DNA from: Desulfosporosinus sp.
GTDB lineage: Bacteria; Bacillota; Desulfitobacteriia; Desulfitobacteriales; Desulfitobacteriaceae
Length of the DNA: 43,441 bases
Assembly: GCA_003132105.1 (NCBI GenBank)
Contig: PKWS01000193.1
Coordinates: 1-43,441 of the forward strand
Direction of reading: 5' to 3'
Shown here: positions 1 to 8,965 of the stretch, one piece after another
Position numbering within the stretch: the stretch's first letter is position 1
Layout: each line of letters begins with the position of its first letter
The notes under the pieces: generated by a model
Told to the model about the DNA's origin: nothing
Databases searched by the model: none
What the model saw: the letters and a program-made list of their open reading frames with translations, nothing else
Translations under genes and position numbers: made by a program

Positions 1-14
1 ATCAAAGATGGTGA

Positions 15-1781
15 TCACCTCCCAAACAACTTATTACGGTCCATGAATTCAACACGACAAATAACCTCTATTTCCTTAACGTCAATTGTAAACTGAGCAA
101 CACAGTCCGGAGCGTCATCGTGTTCGCTAAAATCAACCCCACTGAACTCCATAACCTGCTCGTTGAACTCAGTGTCTTCTTCGTTGAAAATCACCTGGCC
201 CATGTTTACTCCTTGAATTATCGTGCTTATCTTAGAATCCTTGTTAGTTCTCTGCATTTTGTTTAAGAACTCAATCTGCCTATTTTTAAGTTCTGGTTCC
301 GTCAATATAAGTTCCTTTATCTTGAGAACGTCAGCCCCACTGTATAGATTTTTCTCTATGCTGACATGCGTTATGTCCGCATATTTCTTCAATAACTCGA
401 CTACCCTCAAACAAAAGTCATCAAAGCCCAGTTTTGCTAATACGCCTTTTCTTATATACGAGAACCCGTTATAAGCTGTTGATCCGACGCACAAAGCACT
501 ATAATCTGACTTAACTGCGATGCTACTCGCAGGATCACAGACTAGCATGGTTTTCTCCCACTCATGATCTTCTATTTCATCAGCTGGTTGTGTACGCATT
601 GACTTAAACCACTTGACACCAATCTTACTCGCGTCATTCTGCATCTCCTGAATAAAGGCGATAGGGTTGTTGTAGAAATCAATGGCGCTGTCTAAGCAAT
701 CATATTTATCTGGCCATATTGTGGAGTATTGCATTTCCTTTTGATTCTGATAATAGAACTCTTTAGCATCAGCCTGTGGGTCCACTCTCTTATCATCAAA
801 ATAGATTCCTTTGAATTGCTTCCATAGCGGGTGTTCATTGAAATAATCAGTCGCATCAAAATCCAATGCTCTTTTTAAGATGTGTTTGTAATCTCTATCC
901 TTAAGCAGCTGAGACATAAAGCAAGCTTTGTGTAAAATTGTACCGATAACTATAAACTTCGTCGCCGGCTTAATCTTCACACCTTTACGGTATACAGCTT
1001 TATCCCCAGCGTAGGCGCTATCCTCTGCCCATGTATCATATTTCTTTTTGCGGCTTACCTCTGTAATTATGTCAGCCTTGGATTGGTAATCATCAGCGAT
1101 AATACAGCTCGGTCTGCTTTCGCCATATTTCTTACCACGCATAGAGCTCGTAGATGATATGGCCTGAATCTTTGTCTTGTTCGTAAGCTCAAGCTCTAAC
1201 TTATTAATTGTGAATTCATTAGGTTTGATCAGCCTCCCAAAACCAGCTATTATATATTGATTTTCCTCAAAAGCCTGGCGTGTTTGGGTTATGAAAGCTA
1301 CGGCATCACCCTCTGTCCTTCCTGCCACTAGGGTGTACTTGCTTTTCTTATAGGCATGGAGCCACACCGATAAAGCGAAATCCAAAAAAGTTGTTTTCGC
1401 ACAACCCCGGGGAAGGACCGCTTCTAGTTTGTCGTATGAGTCCTGGATGAACATGTCATCGAGCTCATCCCATATCTCGAGATGGACAGGTGCAAGTTCT
1501 CGAGCAGTGTTATTTGTTTTTGGTATGAAAGTATCTTGGAGAAAGTACTTACAGAAATAGGGTATACTCAACGCGCCTATACTGTGTGCTAATCCCTCAA
1601 ATCCAAAGAGGTTATTAATATGCTTAAGAATTAATGCTTCGGTTGATACCACCGCTTCTTTAGGACTCGCGCCACTCGCGATGAACTGCCCATAGATTGC
1701 TTCGTATAAAAGCTGTCTGTTTTGTTCCTCTTCCTGCTCAGTTATTTCTAACTGTTGCTGAGGTCCTTGTGATTTCGCCAT
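15..1781 (-). CDS. terL: Terminase large subunit
   Basis: Walker A-like PRGCAKT, Walker B IIADD, C-terminal nuclease motifs CDPA and HDDAPD. Confidence 0.93.
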   Translation of the reverse strand: MAKSQGPQQQLEITEQEEEQNRQLLYEAIYGQFIASGASPKEAVVSTEALILKHINNLFGFEGLAHSIGALSIPYFCKYFLQDTFIPKTNNTARELAPVHLEIWDELDDMFIQDSYDKLEAVLPRGCAKTTFLDFALSVWLHAYKKSKYTLVAGRTEGDAVAFITQTRQAFEENQYIIAGFGRLIKPNEFTINKLELELTNKTKIQAISSTSSMRGKKYGESRPSCIIADDYQSKADIITEVSRKKKYDTWAEDSAYAGDKAVYRKGVKIKPATKFIVIGTILHKACFMSQLLKDRDYKHILKRALDFDATDYFNEHPLWKQFKGIYFDDKRVDPQADAKEFYYQNQKEMQYSTIWPDKYDCLDSAIDFYNNPIAFIQEMQNDASKIGVKWFKSMRTQPADEIEDHEWEKTMLVCDPASSIAVKSDYSALCVGSTAYNGFSYIRKGVLAKLGFDDFCLRVVELLKKYADITHVSIEKNLYSGADVLKIKELILTEPELKNRQIEFLNKMQRTNKDSKISTIIQGVNMGQVIFNEEDTEFNEQVMEFSGVDFSEHDDAPDCVAQFTIDVKEIEVICRVEFMDRNKLFGR

Positions 1782-1984
1782 TACATAATAACCGCCTCCC
1801 TAAGTTCCTTCTTTAGCCTTATCCTCGTATCGCGTTGCATTATTTTCTTAGTTCTTCCCTTTACTCGTTCTTTTTTATATGCGCCATCCCAGCAAAGGTC
1901 CATCCAGCTGCAACTCCACCTAAAATGTACCCTGTCCCTCAACAAGAAGCCCCCTTTACTAAGGCGTATTTCTCTAGGACCCAA
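1781..1984 (-). CDS. Small basic hypothetical protein (true start probably TTG near 1945)
   Basis: Stop overlaps the terL start (TAATG); RBS-like AAGGGGG before TTG. Confidence 0.5.
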   Translation of the reverse strand: MGPREIRLSKGGFLLRDRVHFRWSCSWMDLCWDGAYKKERVKGRTKKIMQRDTRIRLKKELREAVIM

Positions 1985-2481
1985 CTAGGTAGAACCTTAT
2001 CAAGTTGACTCTTGAATATCAGATAGAGGTTTAATGGTATCCGGTTCGATCCAAAGAAGTATATTGGATTGATGTAATACTGAGTTGCCCTTTCTTCCCC
2101 AGTTGTCACTGTAACCTTGGCGATCATCCCGACCCTTATCATTTTTCTCATAAATGTTTTAGCCTGGTATGGCTTCAGTCCCACGATGTTCCCTATCTGT
2201 TCATCATTGTAGGACTTAACTCCACCATTGCCACGATACCCCAGCATATTAGTAGTGGACCACATCTTCTTTGCTAGAGTCGCCATCTGCCCTCGTTCCT
2301 TCATCGTCATACTCTTAGGAAAGTCCACATCAACAAAGGATTTAGCAAAGTTCTTTCTCGCCCAAAACAAATATCCCTTTTCATCATGGAAGGAAGCCGC
2401 TATATATTGAACGCTTTCGTTTTCCAATGCGCCAGTATCAGTATTGATATATTGGGTTTTCTTGATAACTTTATCGCCCAT
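1939..2481 (-). CDS. RepL-like winged-helix protein
   Basis: N-terminal INTDTG motif, HTH segment (QIGNIVGLK..QAKTFMRKM) and YYINP motif typical of the Firmicute RepL family. Confidence 0.55.
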   Translation of the reverse strand: MGDKVIKKTQYINTDTGALENESVQYIAASFHDEKGYLFWARKNFAKSFVDVDFPKSMTMKERGQMATLAKKMWSTTNMLGYRGNGGVKSYNDEQIGNIVGLKPYQAKTFMRKMIRVGMIAKVTVTTGEERATQYYINPIYFFGSNRIPLNLYLIFKSQLDKVLPSWVLEKYALVKGASC

Positions 2482-2665
2482 TATGCACCTACTTTTCTAG
2501 TTGGTTTTTCTGCTTGTTTGAGTTTAAAAAAACATCAATAAACCAACTGTGATAGAAGTGGGCTAATCCCTTGTGTCAGTAAGGATGAGGTATATAATCA
2601 TTCCTTAAATCATGTAAAGATACTATAGTATAGTACGTCTATCTCTGCATGCATGGGAGTGAATG

Positions 2666-2827
2666 CTAAGCTTTGTTTGGTTCTCCAAACTCCTTACGCA
2701 GTATGTCGGCTAGTTCCCTAGCTGATGCCCTAATGTTATTTGATAGGTGCTCACTAAGGCTTTCAGATAAATCGTTTGTAATTCCTCTGCTGTGAAGATA
2801 CTCTTTTATTTCATCTTCCATTGGCAT
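2666..2827 (-). CDS. 53-aa hypothetical protein (MPMEDEIKEY...), not in ORF track
   Basis: Open frame ATG2827 to TAG2666 with AAGGAG RBS. Confidence 0.6.
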   Translation of the reverse strand: MPMEDEIKEYLHSRGITNDLSESLSEHLSNNIRASARELADILRKEFGEPNKA

Positions 2828-2977
2828 CAACTCCTTTTGTGCATAAGGAAAACCCCATCACTGCATAATGAGGGGCTAAAAGTTTCTAAAAATGGTGGAT
2901 ATAATTGTTGGGACTACCGCCATGCTCTCAGCCAATAACCAAAAAAGAAGGCTACCCCCTATTGAGAATACAACATT

Positions 2978-3005
2978 GGGTCCCATAACTAACATTACGT
3001 CAAGT
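2978..3005 (+). other. dif-like Xer recombination site (11-6-11)
   Basis: GGGTCCCATAA-CTAACA-TTACGTCAAGT, compared with Bacillus dif ACTTCCTAGAA-TATATA-TTATGTAAACT; intergenic. Confidence 0.65.
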
Positions 3006-3226
3006 TATGTGTAATACTTAACAACCTATCTATCCATTGCGAGAGTAGGAACACAGCCATTCTCAATGCAACAACATAAAGTAGCAAGTAGAGATTATGC
3101 GTCAATGTCCATCACTTATAGACGAATTGTTTGTGATCGGCAGACAATAAACAGGCGAGCGACCCTTGGCCGTCAAACTCACACATCAAACTCTATCCTT
3201 ACATCACTATCCATACTACTGTATAA

Positions 3227-3742
3227 CTATTCATCCACCTTAACATCAATAACCTCCACCTTATTTAACTGCCGCATATGTTTGAATGTATCCTGGATCT
3301 CTTCTAGCATGGGGACTCTTATTTCTACTGTCTTTTCAACCTCATGCTTATCTCTCCACTCAAGTTTCTTGCGATTCTTAAGCCAGAATATCATGCTGGT
3401 TGGATCAGGTAGGACTTCCTTAGTAACTCTCTTAGTTTCTCTCATCTCATAGCCTGTTATTATCCCATGAGCGTCATATACAGGCATACTCTCTGTAGTG
3501 ACCTCATCATATCTATAGCCCTGAGTGCGCTTGAATAGGGCATTCTCGACCATTATGTCAACTACTTCTTTGCCTCTTTTCAAGGCATCGCGCAATTCGC
3601 AATGATCGTTTTTATATCTTGCAAACGTTGCTATATTAATTCCCAAGTTATGGCATATATCTTCCTCTATGAGGCCATCCCTACACCATGCTTCAATTAG
3701 CATTAATTTAGATTCTACCTCAGGCCATTTGCTAACAGCCAT
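3227..3742 (-). CDS. terS: Terminase small subunit (HTH type)
   Basis: IEAWCRDG/ICHNLGI HTH, VENALFKR.QGY and PDPTSMIFWLKNR motifs; lies upstream of terL. Confidence 0.85.
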   Translation of the reverse strand: MAVSKWPEVESKLMLIEAWCRDGLIEEDICHNLGINIATFARYKNDHCELRDALKRGKEVVDIMVENALFKRTQGYRYDEVTTESMPVYDAHGIITGYEMRETKRVTKEVLPDPTSMIFWLKNRKKLEWRDKHEVEKTVEIRVPMLEEIQDTFKHMRQLNKVEVIDVKVDE

Positions 3743-3841
3743 ATTCCCAACTCCTTAACCCAAGTCCTGTTGTCTCTGCTGGCCTATTATCTCTGCATCC
3801 CTAATGCCAGTCGAGCAGTTAGATTTTAAAGCCGACCAACG

Positions 3842-3872
3842 AAAAAAAATAGGCACCCAATTAAGAGTGCCC
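3842..3872 (-). terminator. Rho-independent terminator
   Basis: GGCACTC/GGGTGCC stem followed by an 8-nt T tract on the minus strand. Confidence 0.7.
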
Positions 3873-3896
3873 TTTATAGTAAGGAGGAAAAATGAG

Positions 3897-4148
3897 CTAA
3901 TCAGGATGGATATACACTGCTTTAGATCGGCGCATCAATTTATCCATCTCGTTAAGTTTTTTAGCCTTTTCACGTCTTGCCAACTCTTCTTTGTTCAAGC
4001 AAGTTAATTCGTCGCGGTCCCAATACCTGCACGTATGGCAATTCTCATAATCACTTTCCCAAGCCGCCATAAACTGAGCGCAAGATTCCACATCGAACCA
4101 GCTCCTTGAAAACAAATAAAAATGCGCCCAACTATTTGTCAGGCGCAT
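3897..4148 (-). CDS. Small Cys-containing hypothetical protein (start probably downstream of 4148)
   Basis: CHTC..C motif; AGGAG RBS inside the ORF's 5' part. Confidence 0.5.
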   Translation of the reverse strand: MRLTNSWAHFYLFSRSWFDVESCAQFMAAWESDYENCHTCRYWDRDELTCLNKEELARREKAKKLNEMDKLMRRSKAVYIHPD

Positions 4149-4180
4149 TTCGTTTATAATTCTAAAAACATCACATTAAC

Positions 4181-4246
4181 ATCGTAGCATGTCCAATTCT
4201 CAAAAACAGTTACTTTTTAGGTAAAAAACAGGTAATAAATCGGTAA
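4181..4246 (-). promoter_or_regulatory. Probable late promoter with activator direct repeats
   Basis: TTACC/GTAAC repeats at 11-bp spacing (4242, 4231, 4220, 4209), then extended -10 TGcTACGAT, directly after the activator gene. Confidence 0.65.
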
Positions 4247-4249
4247 TGG

Positions 4250-4783
4250 TCAATTTGCTTTCCTGAAGTACAGATATCTTTGAAACAAAGGCCCAAGTAT
4301 TTGCCATAGAATATCCAACGCTTCCTTGTTTATTTTCTTTATACCCTCTGACGTAATATACACTCTTCCGACTGAATGCCGTTCATTGAACACTATTTCT
4401 ATATTTCTCCATGTCTCGGATTCAAAATACTTTGCATTAATGACGGTTTCCTGTTCCCTGGTCAACGCTTTCAACGCTTCATCGATCTGCTCTATCTCAA
4501 CAGTTTTAAAGCGCATCCTAGATTTATCTTCATCGATCCATTCCTGCACCAGCTCAGCTGTAACTTCTCTTCGGCTTACCGTTTGCTCTGTCGGTGAAGT
4601 TGTAGTGGTTGAATGAGGCATACCTAAAATGGGGCTTGAATGATATTCAAACAACCACAACTCCCCAGCCTTCAATGCTTCTTCCCAAACCGATACCCTT
4701 TGTAAAGTTGTTATGACTTCCGCTTTATGCTTTTTGTACAGCTTCAGTCGTTCTTCAAGGATGTTCTGGCTTTCTTTTATCAT
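4250..4783 (-). CDS. ArpU/RinA-like late transcriptional activator
   Basis: IDEALKALT.EQ..VI..KYF sigma-region-4-like C-terminus; last early gene before terS. Confidence 0.8.
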   Translation of the reverse strand: MIKESQNILEERLKLYKKHKAEVITTLQRVSVWEEALKAGELWLFEYHSSPILGMPHSTTTTSPTEQTVSRREVTAELVQEWIDEDKSRMRFKTVEIEQIDEALKALTREQETVINAKYFESETWRNIEIVFNERHSVGRVYITSEGIKKINKEALDILWQILGPLFQRYLYFRKAN

Positions 4784-4801
4784 TGCTATGAGATTACCCC
4801 C

Positions 4802-5386
4802 TTAAAAATCATTCGGCACAAGTTGAAGGGAAGCGACTTCTTTCCTTCTCTTCTTTAATTCCAATAATGATTTTTCTAAGATATAGATTAACTTGTCGCT
4901 GTTTTCGATGTACTTCTTGACTCTTTGGGGTGTTCTCTTGACCTCATAATCTCCACCGCCACAACCTCCACCGCCACCAGAGAAAGTGTTGGTTTGATTG
5001 TATGTTACCCTACTAGGAAGTATAAGTTGGTCGGTAAGCATTAATCTTGTGTTTACTCCGGGTATTGAAAAGAAACTATACTCTCTTAATCTTTCTGTAG
5101 CCTCGCAAAACTCAGGATAATCCTTCCATAACTTTTCAATATATTCTACGGTCCTATTTGCACTTAGGACAAAAATACTAATTTCTTCTTCGTAATTGAT
5201 GTACCCATCGTCCTCGAAGTCAAATCCGTTAACCGAGTATTTTTTACTAATTCTCAAGCCATCATCTGTTTTATTGATTGCCGTCACGCTAAATCTAGGG
5301 TTATTCTTTAAAATCTCAGCCAGAATTAAGTCTTTCTCTAATTCTTTGATGGACTTTAATTTATCTTGGATATCTCGTAAATTCAA
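4802..5386 (-). CDS. Hypothetical protein
   Basis: 194-aa ORF with RBS, in operon context. Confidence 0.65.
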   Translation of the reverse strand: MNLRDIQDKLKSIKELEKDLILAEILKNNPRFSVTAINKTDDGLRISKKYSVNGFDFEDDGYINYEEEISIFVLSANRTVEYIEKLWKDYPEFCEATERLREYSFFSIPGVNTRLMLTDQLILPSRVTYNQTNTFSGGGGGCGGGDYEVKRTPQRVKKYIENSDKLIYILEKSLLELKKRRKEVASLQLVPNDF

Positions 5387-5398
5387 TTTTCCTTCCCC

Positions 5399-5632
5399 CT
5401 ACAGTTTAAATTTTCTCCCCTTACCCTGATAACTACATCTATCCTCGAACTGGCATCCATTACAACCCTTGTCGATTAGCTGGATAGGGTTAAGACACGC
5501 CACCGGATTATTAATCTTTTCACTTTGCAGCCGGTATTCTAAATCCGCTATCACACTTTCAAGATATGGTATTTGGCTCTTAACTTTAGCCAGTTTTTCT
5601 TTGTGGAAAGATATTTGTTCAATGAGGTTCAT
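5399..5632 (-). CDS. Hypothetical protein (coiled coil plus Cys cluster)
   Basis: GGAGG RBS; CxxC..C motif. Confidence 0.65.
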   Translation of the reverse strand: MNLIEQISFHKEKLAKVKSQIPYLESVIADLEYRLQSEKINNPVACLNPIQLIDKGCNGCQFEDRCSYQGKGRKFKL

Positions 5633-5642
5633 ACTTTACCTC

Positions 5643-5852
5643 CTAGCAAATTCCCAAGGCTAATTCAAGTTTATCTATATACTCCATAAGTGATCCCCTA
5701 TCCATATCCTCTTTGGGGTCCCCTTGTTTAAACCACGAAAACCTTACCATCGAACACTCGCCATTACTTCTTACTGTTACACTCTTGCATCCACATCTAC
5801 CAGTGCTTTTAACTTTTCGTTCACAGTTTGATTTGCAATAAACACTAGGCAT
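5643..5852 (-). CDS. Cys-rich hypothetical protein
   Basis: GGAGG RBS; multiple cysteines. Confidence 0.65.
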   Translation of the reverse strand: MPSVYCKSNCERKVKSTGRCGCKSVTVRSNGECSMVRFSWFKQGDPKEDMDRGSLMEYIDKLELALGIC

Positions 5853-5864
5853 GTTTTACCTCCC

Positions 5865-6095
5865 TCAGTCGATATATTGCTTAGGATCACAAAGGAAATC
5901 TCTGAACATTTCTTTCGCATCAGATACCTTTAGGCCATTTGAGGAACAACACTTCAAATCCTTGCCGCTTGAAATGATGATTATTTTATCTAATTCACCT
6001 AGAAGAAATAATTCTTTGGTAGTTTCTAATTCTCCAAGAAAATCAGCAACTCGATTATCACGTTTGGGTTTTACCCTAAACTGGATTACCTTCAT
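5865..6095 (-). CDS. Hypothetical protein
   Basis: ATGA overlap with the upstream gene. Confidence 0.6.
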   Translation of the reverse strand: MKVIQFRVKPKRDNRVADFLGELETTKELFLLGELDKIIIISSGKDLKCCSSNGLKVSDAKEMFRDFLCDPKQYID

Positions 6096-6343
6096 ATTTC
6101 CTTCCTGAGTCCCAGCCCCATCTCACCCAGCACCTTTTCAACCTCCACAATCGTCCGTCTAACCACATTTCGCATTCCCGCAAGGTCATTCCAAGATAAC
6201 TTCACCAAATCACCTACAGTCTCTATTCCTGCTCTTCTCAGGCAGTGATATGTTCGGAATGTGAAGCCACAATCTATGATGTTTTTGGTTAGGTCTGGAC
6301 TAGGTTTCTTGCTCAATTTGGCTTTTAGTTTGTCGAAGATCAT
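6092..6343 (-). CDS. Stand-alone RNA polymerase alpha-CTD-like protein
   Basis: RTYHCLRRAGIETVGDL...MRNVVRRTIVEVEKVLGEMGLGLR aligns with RpoA RSYNCLKRAGINTV.EL...[24 protein letters not shown]. Confidence 0.88.
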   Translation of the reverse strand: MIFDKLKAKLSKKPSPDLTKNIIDCGFTFRTYHCLRRAGIETVGDLVKLSWNDLAGMRNVVRRTIVEVEKVLGEMGLGLRKEI

Positions 6344-6774
6344 CTAGGTATTACCCCCTTTTCCTCATCTGTAAGCCACTCACACACGCCTAACTTATTT
6401 GGATAATTTATTTTTGTTGCATGCCGACAATCCTCCATGTGCCCAATTGTCTTTATAAAAGAATTTGAGCAATACCCATCGGCGCACTTAACCCTTTTTA
6501 ACCCTGTCTCTTTTAACTCTTGTTTTGCATCTCCCAACTTAACCCCAACTAAAATATGCGAGTAATCACTTATCTTTTTCAGATCATCAAGCTTTTGAGT
6601 CTGTTTAAATCTCGCCGCGTACTTGATGATATTTGCTAGGCAGAAATCCTCAGCCAAACCTTTGGCAATTATCAGATCAATGGGTTCTAGCTTGTCCACC
6701 GCTTTATAATGCTCACTTCCTTCAGTTTGGCAGTATTCGCGCCCGGCTTTGCGAATTTCGTAGATTGTTTTCAT
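6340..6774 (-). CDS. DUF3310 (SaV-like) domain protein
   Basis: HY...LEPID, FCLANIIKY..R and DLKK motifs. Confidence 0.8.
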   Translation of the reverse strand: MKTIYEIRKAGREYCQTEGSEHYKAVDKLEPIDLIIAKGLAEDFCLANIIKYAARFKQTQKLDDLKKISDYSHILVGVKLGDAKQELKETGLKRVKCADGYCSNSFIKTIGHMEDCRHATKINYPNKLGVCEWLTDEEKGVIPR

Positions 6775-7259
6775 ACCTTTACCCCTTTCCTCTTAAAGAC
6801 ACTCGGACCACTTTTCCACCCTTTTACTTCCACCAAAGCACGTCTATTGGATTTCACTGCATCTTCAATACTCCAACCGTCATTCATTCTGCTTAAAAAC
6901 GTGTTATAACAGATACCATTCTTTGCGGCTAGTTCTATGGTTTCTTGGGGATAAACTCTGTTTCCTTGCCCAACTAATTTCATATTCTCTTTAAAATTTT
7001 GCAAAGGCTTAGTCGCAGCCGTTTCCATATCAAATCCATAGACATTAACCCGATTTCTAAAAGTACATGCGTTTATTCCATTTTCTTTAGCAATTTTTAT
7101 CCAACTTCCATATGATTTACGAGGTATAGGGGGAGTTGTTATTGCCTTTTCTTTGTGCCAACCCATGCCCTGAACACGCCTGTCCACCGTCCAGTTTTTA
7201 ATTCCATTCTTCTCGGCTATTAGGTATTCATCAGGAGTAACATAAAACTCATAGCTCAC
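6771..7259 (-). CDS. Phage protein with three short HTH-like repeats
   Basis: Three repeats of A.KNGI...T...R....GW..E.A. Confidence 0.7.
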   Translation of the reverse strand: MSYEFYVTPDEYLIAEKNGIKNWTVDRRVQGMGWHKEKAITTPPIPRKSYGSWIKIAKENGINACTFRNRVNVYGFDMETAATKPLQNFKENMKLVGQGNRVYPQETIELAAKNGICYNTFLSRMNDGWSIEDAVKSNRRALVEVKGWKSGPSVFKRKGVKV

Positions 7260-7371
7260 TCTACTTTTTCCTCCCCCTTGCCACCCTTCTCTTTGTTTAT
7301 ATCCGGCAATTTCAGATATTCTTCTCGCAATCTTTTCAACCGGCGAATGATTTCTTCATCTGCTTTGTCTT

Positions 7372-7779
7372 TCATTTTAGGTAGCCCTTGGTTTTAAGTT
7401 TTTCAATATGCCTTTCAAGCGCAATCTCTATATCCCCTGGTTCATCAAGCAGTGTGCATACTAGGGTAACAAGTGCTTGTGCTCCATCTAACGCCTCTTC
7501 TACCGTTCTCCTTACCCATTCACTATGGTTATTTAATTGCTCTACTATTTCTCCACTCTGCCTTTGCCCTTTACCTAAGAGTTGCATTAGCTCCCCTATT
7601 TCCTCGTAGACTTTTGCAGTGCAGCTTGAGATAGTTGGGGTTAGTCCGTTGAGGATGGGGAAGGATATCGTTTCGGGCTTCGGTATCCATCCAATCGGGT
7701 TTTCATTTGTGCAAGCTCTACTACAATCAGGAGTTTCATGCTTACCACAGGTTTCACAACGTTGGTCCATAATTACCAC
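7372..7779 (-). CDS. MazG-like NTP pyrophosphohydrolase
   Basis: KVYEEIGEL and EEALD acidic motifs. Confidence 0.65.
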   Translation of the reverse strand: MVIMDQRCETCGKHETPDCSRACTNENPIGWIPKPETISFPILNGLTPTISSCTAKVYEEIGELMQLLGKGQRQSGEIVEQLNNHSEWVRRTVEEALDGAQALVTLVCTLLDEPGDIEIALERHIEKLKTKGYLK

Positions 7780-7958
7780 CCCTTTTTCTTTCCAGTTCGC
7801 TCTAAATATTCACCAAATGATTCCCTGCTTGAATACCAAAGGCGGTATTCTCTGCCATATCTAAACCATGTAAAGGTTACGAATTCACCGAGAAAAAACA
7901 CTTTAACGAGTATTAAAAAGTATATTGCGTTAACTATCCACGGAAGGTTTGGACTCAC
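7773..7958 (-). CDS. Small membrane protein
   Basis: One hydrophobic segment; overlaps both neighbours. Confidence 0.5.
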   Translation of the reverse strand: MSPNLPWIVNAIYFLILVKVFFLGEFVTFTWFRYGREYRLWYSSRESFGEYLERTGKKKGW

Positions 7959-8497
7959 TTCTTCACCTTCTTTTTCTTAACCTTTGGTGCCTTCATCCCT
8001 GCGATAACTTCCTGTCTGAATACTGGTGGATCGGGTATTAATTCCATGTAAGCCAATCCCAGCTGACAGAGTGCAAACGCATCGGCTTGATCCGTTGTTT
8101 CAAAATCTTTGCCCCATGTTTTCTGTATTCCCAGGGCCATTGCGATTTTATCCGCGTTCCCCTTGCCAGTGACAAACTTCTTGAGCGAAGTTGGCGCAAC
8201 ATCAATAAAAGGTATCTCTTGTTCAAAAAGCATTAGCCGAATCATCCCGCCAAGTTCTCCAAGTATTTCCCGATTGTTCAAGCTGCCATAAGAATATCCC
8301 TCGATGAATACCATAGTTTCTTCGCCTTCGTCTGCATCATAGCGAACCTTTGGTATCATCTGCTCTTTGATGTCACTTAGACGTTTTACTCCGAATAGTT
8401 TTGATTTTACTGCTTCTGAGGTAAGGATTATTCCGAATTCATTTACTGAGACAATGCCGGTAGAGGTAAGACTTGGATCGATACCGATAATTATCAT
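7955..8497 (-). CDS. RuvC-like Holliday junction resolvase
   Basis: IGIDPSLTSTG, FIEGY, LKKFVTGKGNADK and DQADA motifs. Confidence 0.9.
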   Translation of the reverse strand: MIIIGIDPSLTSTGIVSVNEFGIILTSEAVKSKLFGVKRLSDIKEQMIPKVRYDADEGEETMVFIEGYSYGSLNNREILGELGGMIRLMLFEQEIPFIDVAPTSLKKFVTGKGNADKIAMALGIQKTWGKDFETTDQADAFALCQLGLAYMELIPDPPVFRQEVIAGMKAPKVKKKKVKK

Positions 8498-8811
8498 TCT
8501 GTATCCTCCACTTTTACTTTAGCTAGAGACGCCTTTGCATCGTTTAGTAATCCATATGGATCAATGCTTAACACCTCAAACATTTCAAGATTTATCTCTC
8601 TAAGGAACTCGAGTGCTTTTATAACTTCCTCGAGGGATTCAATAATTTCAGGAAGTATTTCCTCATAAGTAGCAAGCTTTTCAAACGCATCCCTGACACA
8701 TAAAAGTGTATTGTACGAGCCATCAAGGTCCTGCTCATTTTTCTTGACATTAACTAGATATGCCATGTTATTTTTAGGACTTCTCGCGGTTAATCGTTCG
8801 AATTTATTCAT
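8494..8811 (-). CDS. Hypothetical phage protein
   Basis: ERLT...KLATYE pattern common in Firmicute phage proteins; RBS present. Confidence 0.65.
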   Translation of the reverse strand: MNKFERLTARSPKNNMAYLVNVKKNEQDLDGSYNTLLCVRDAFEKLATYEEILPEIIESLEEVIKALEFLREINLEMFEVLSIDPYGLLNDAKASLAKVKVEDTE

Positions 8812-8965
8812 ACTTCCTCGTCAATCCCCTTCCTCGGCGGCATCATTCTCTCATCAGCCTGTTTCCCCAGCACTACCATACTCACATAAGCTACTCCTGT
8901 TAAACTTCCAACCATGCAACCAACTGCAAGGCCTATCCAGAACATCGCATTCCCTCCTCATTATT

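Noticed and set aside
3066-3452. Plus-strand 128-aa ORF (and similar short antisense ORFs throughout the track)
   Set aside because: Antisense to well-supported genes, no RBS, non-protein-like composition.
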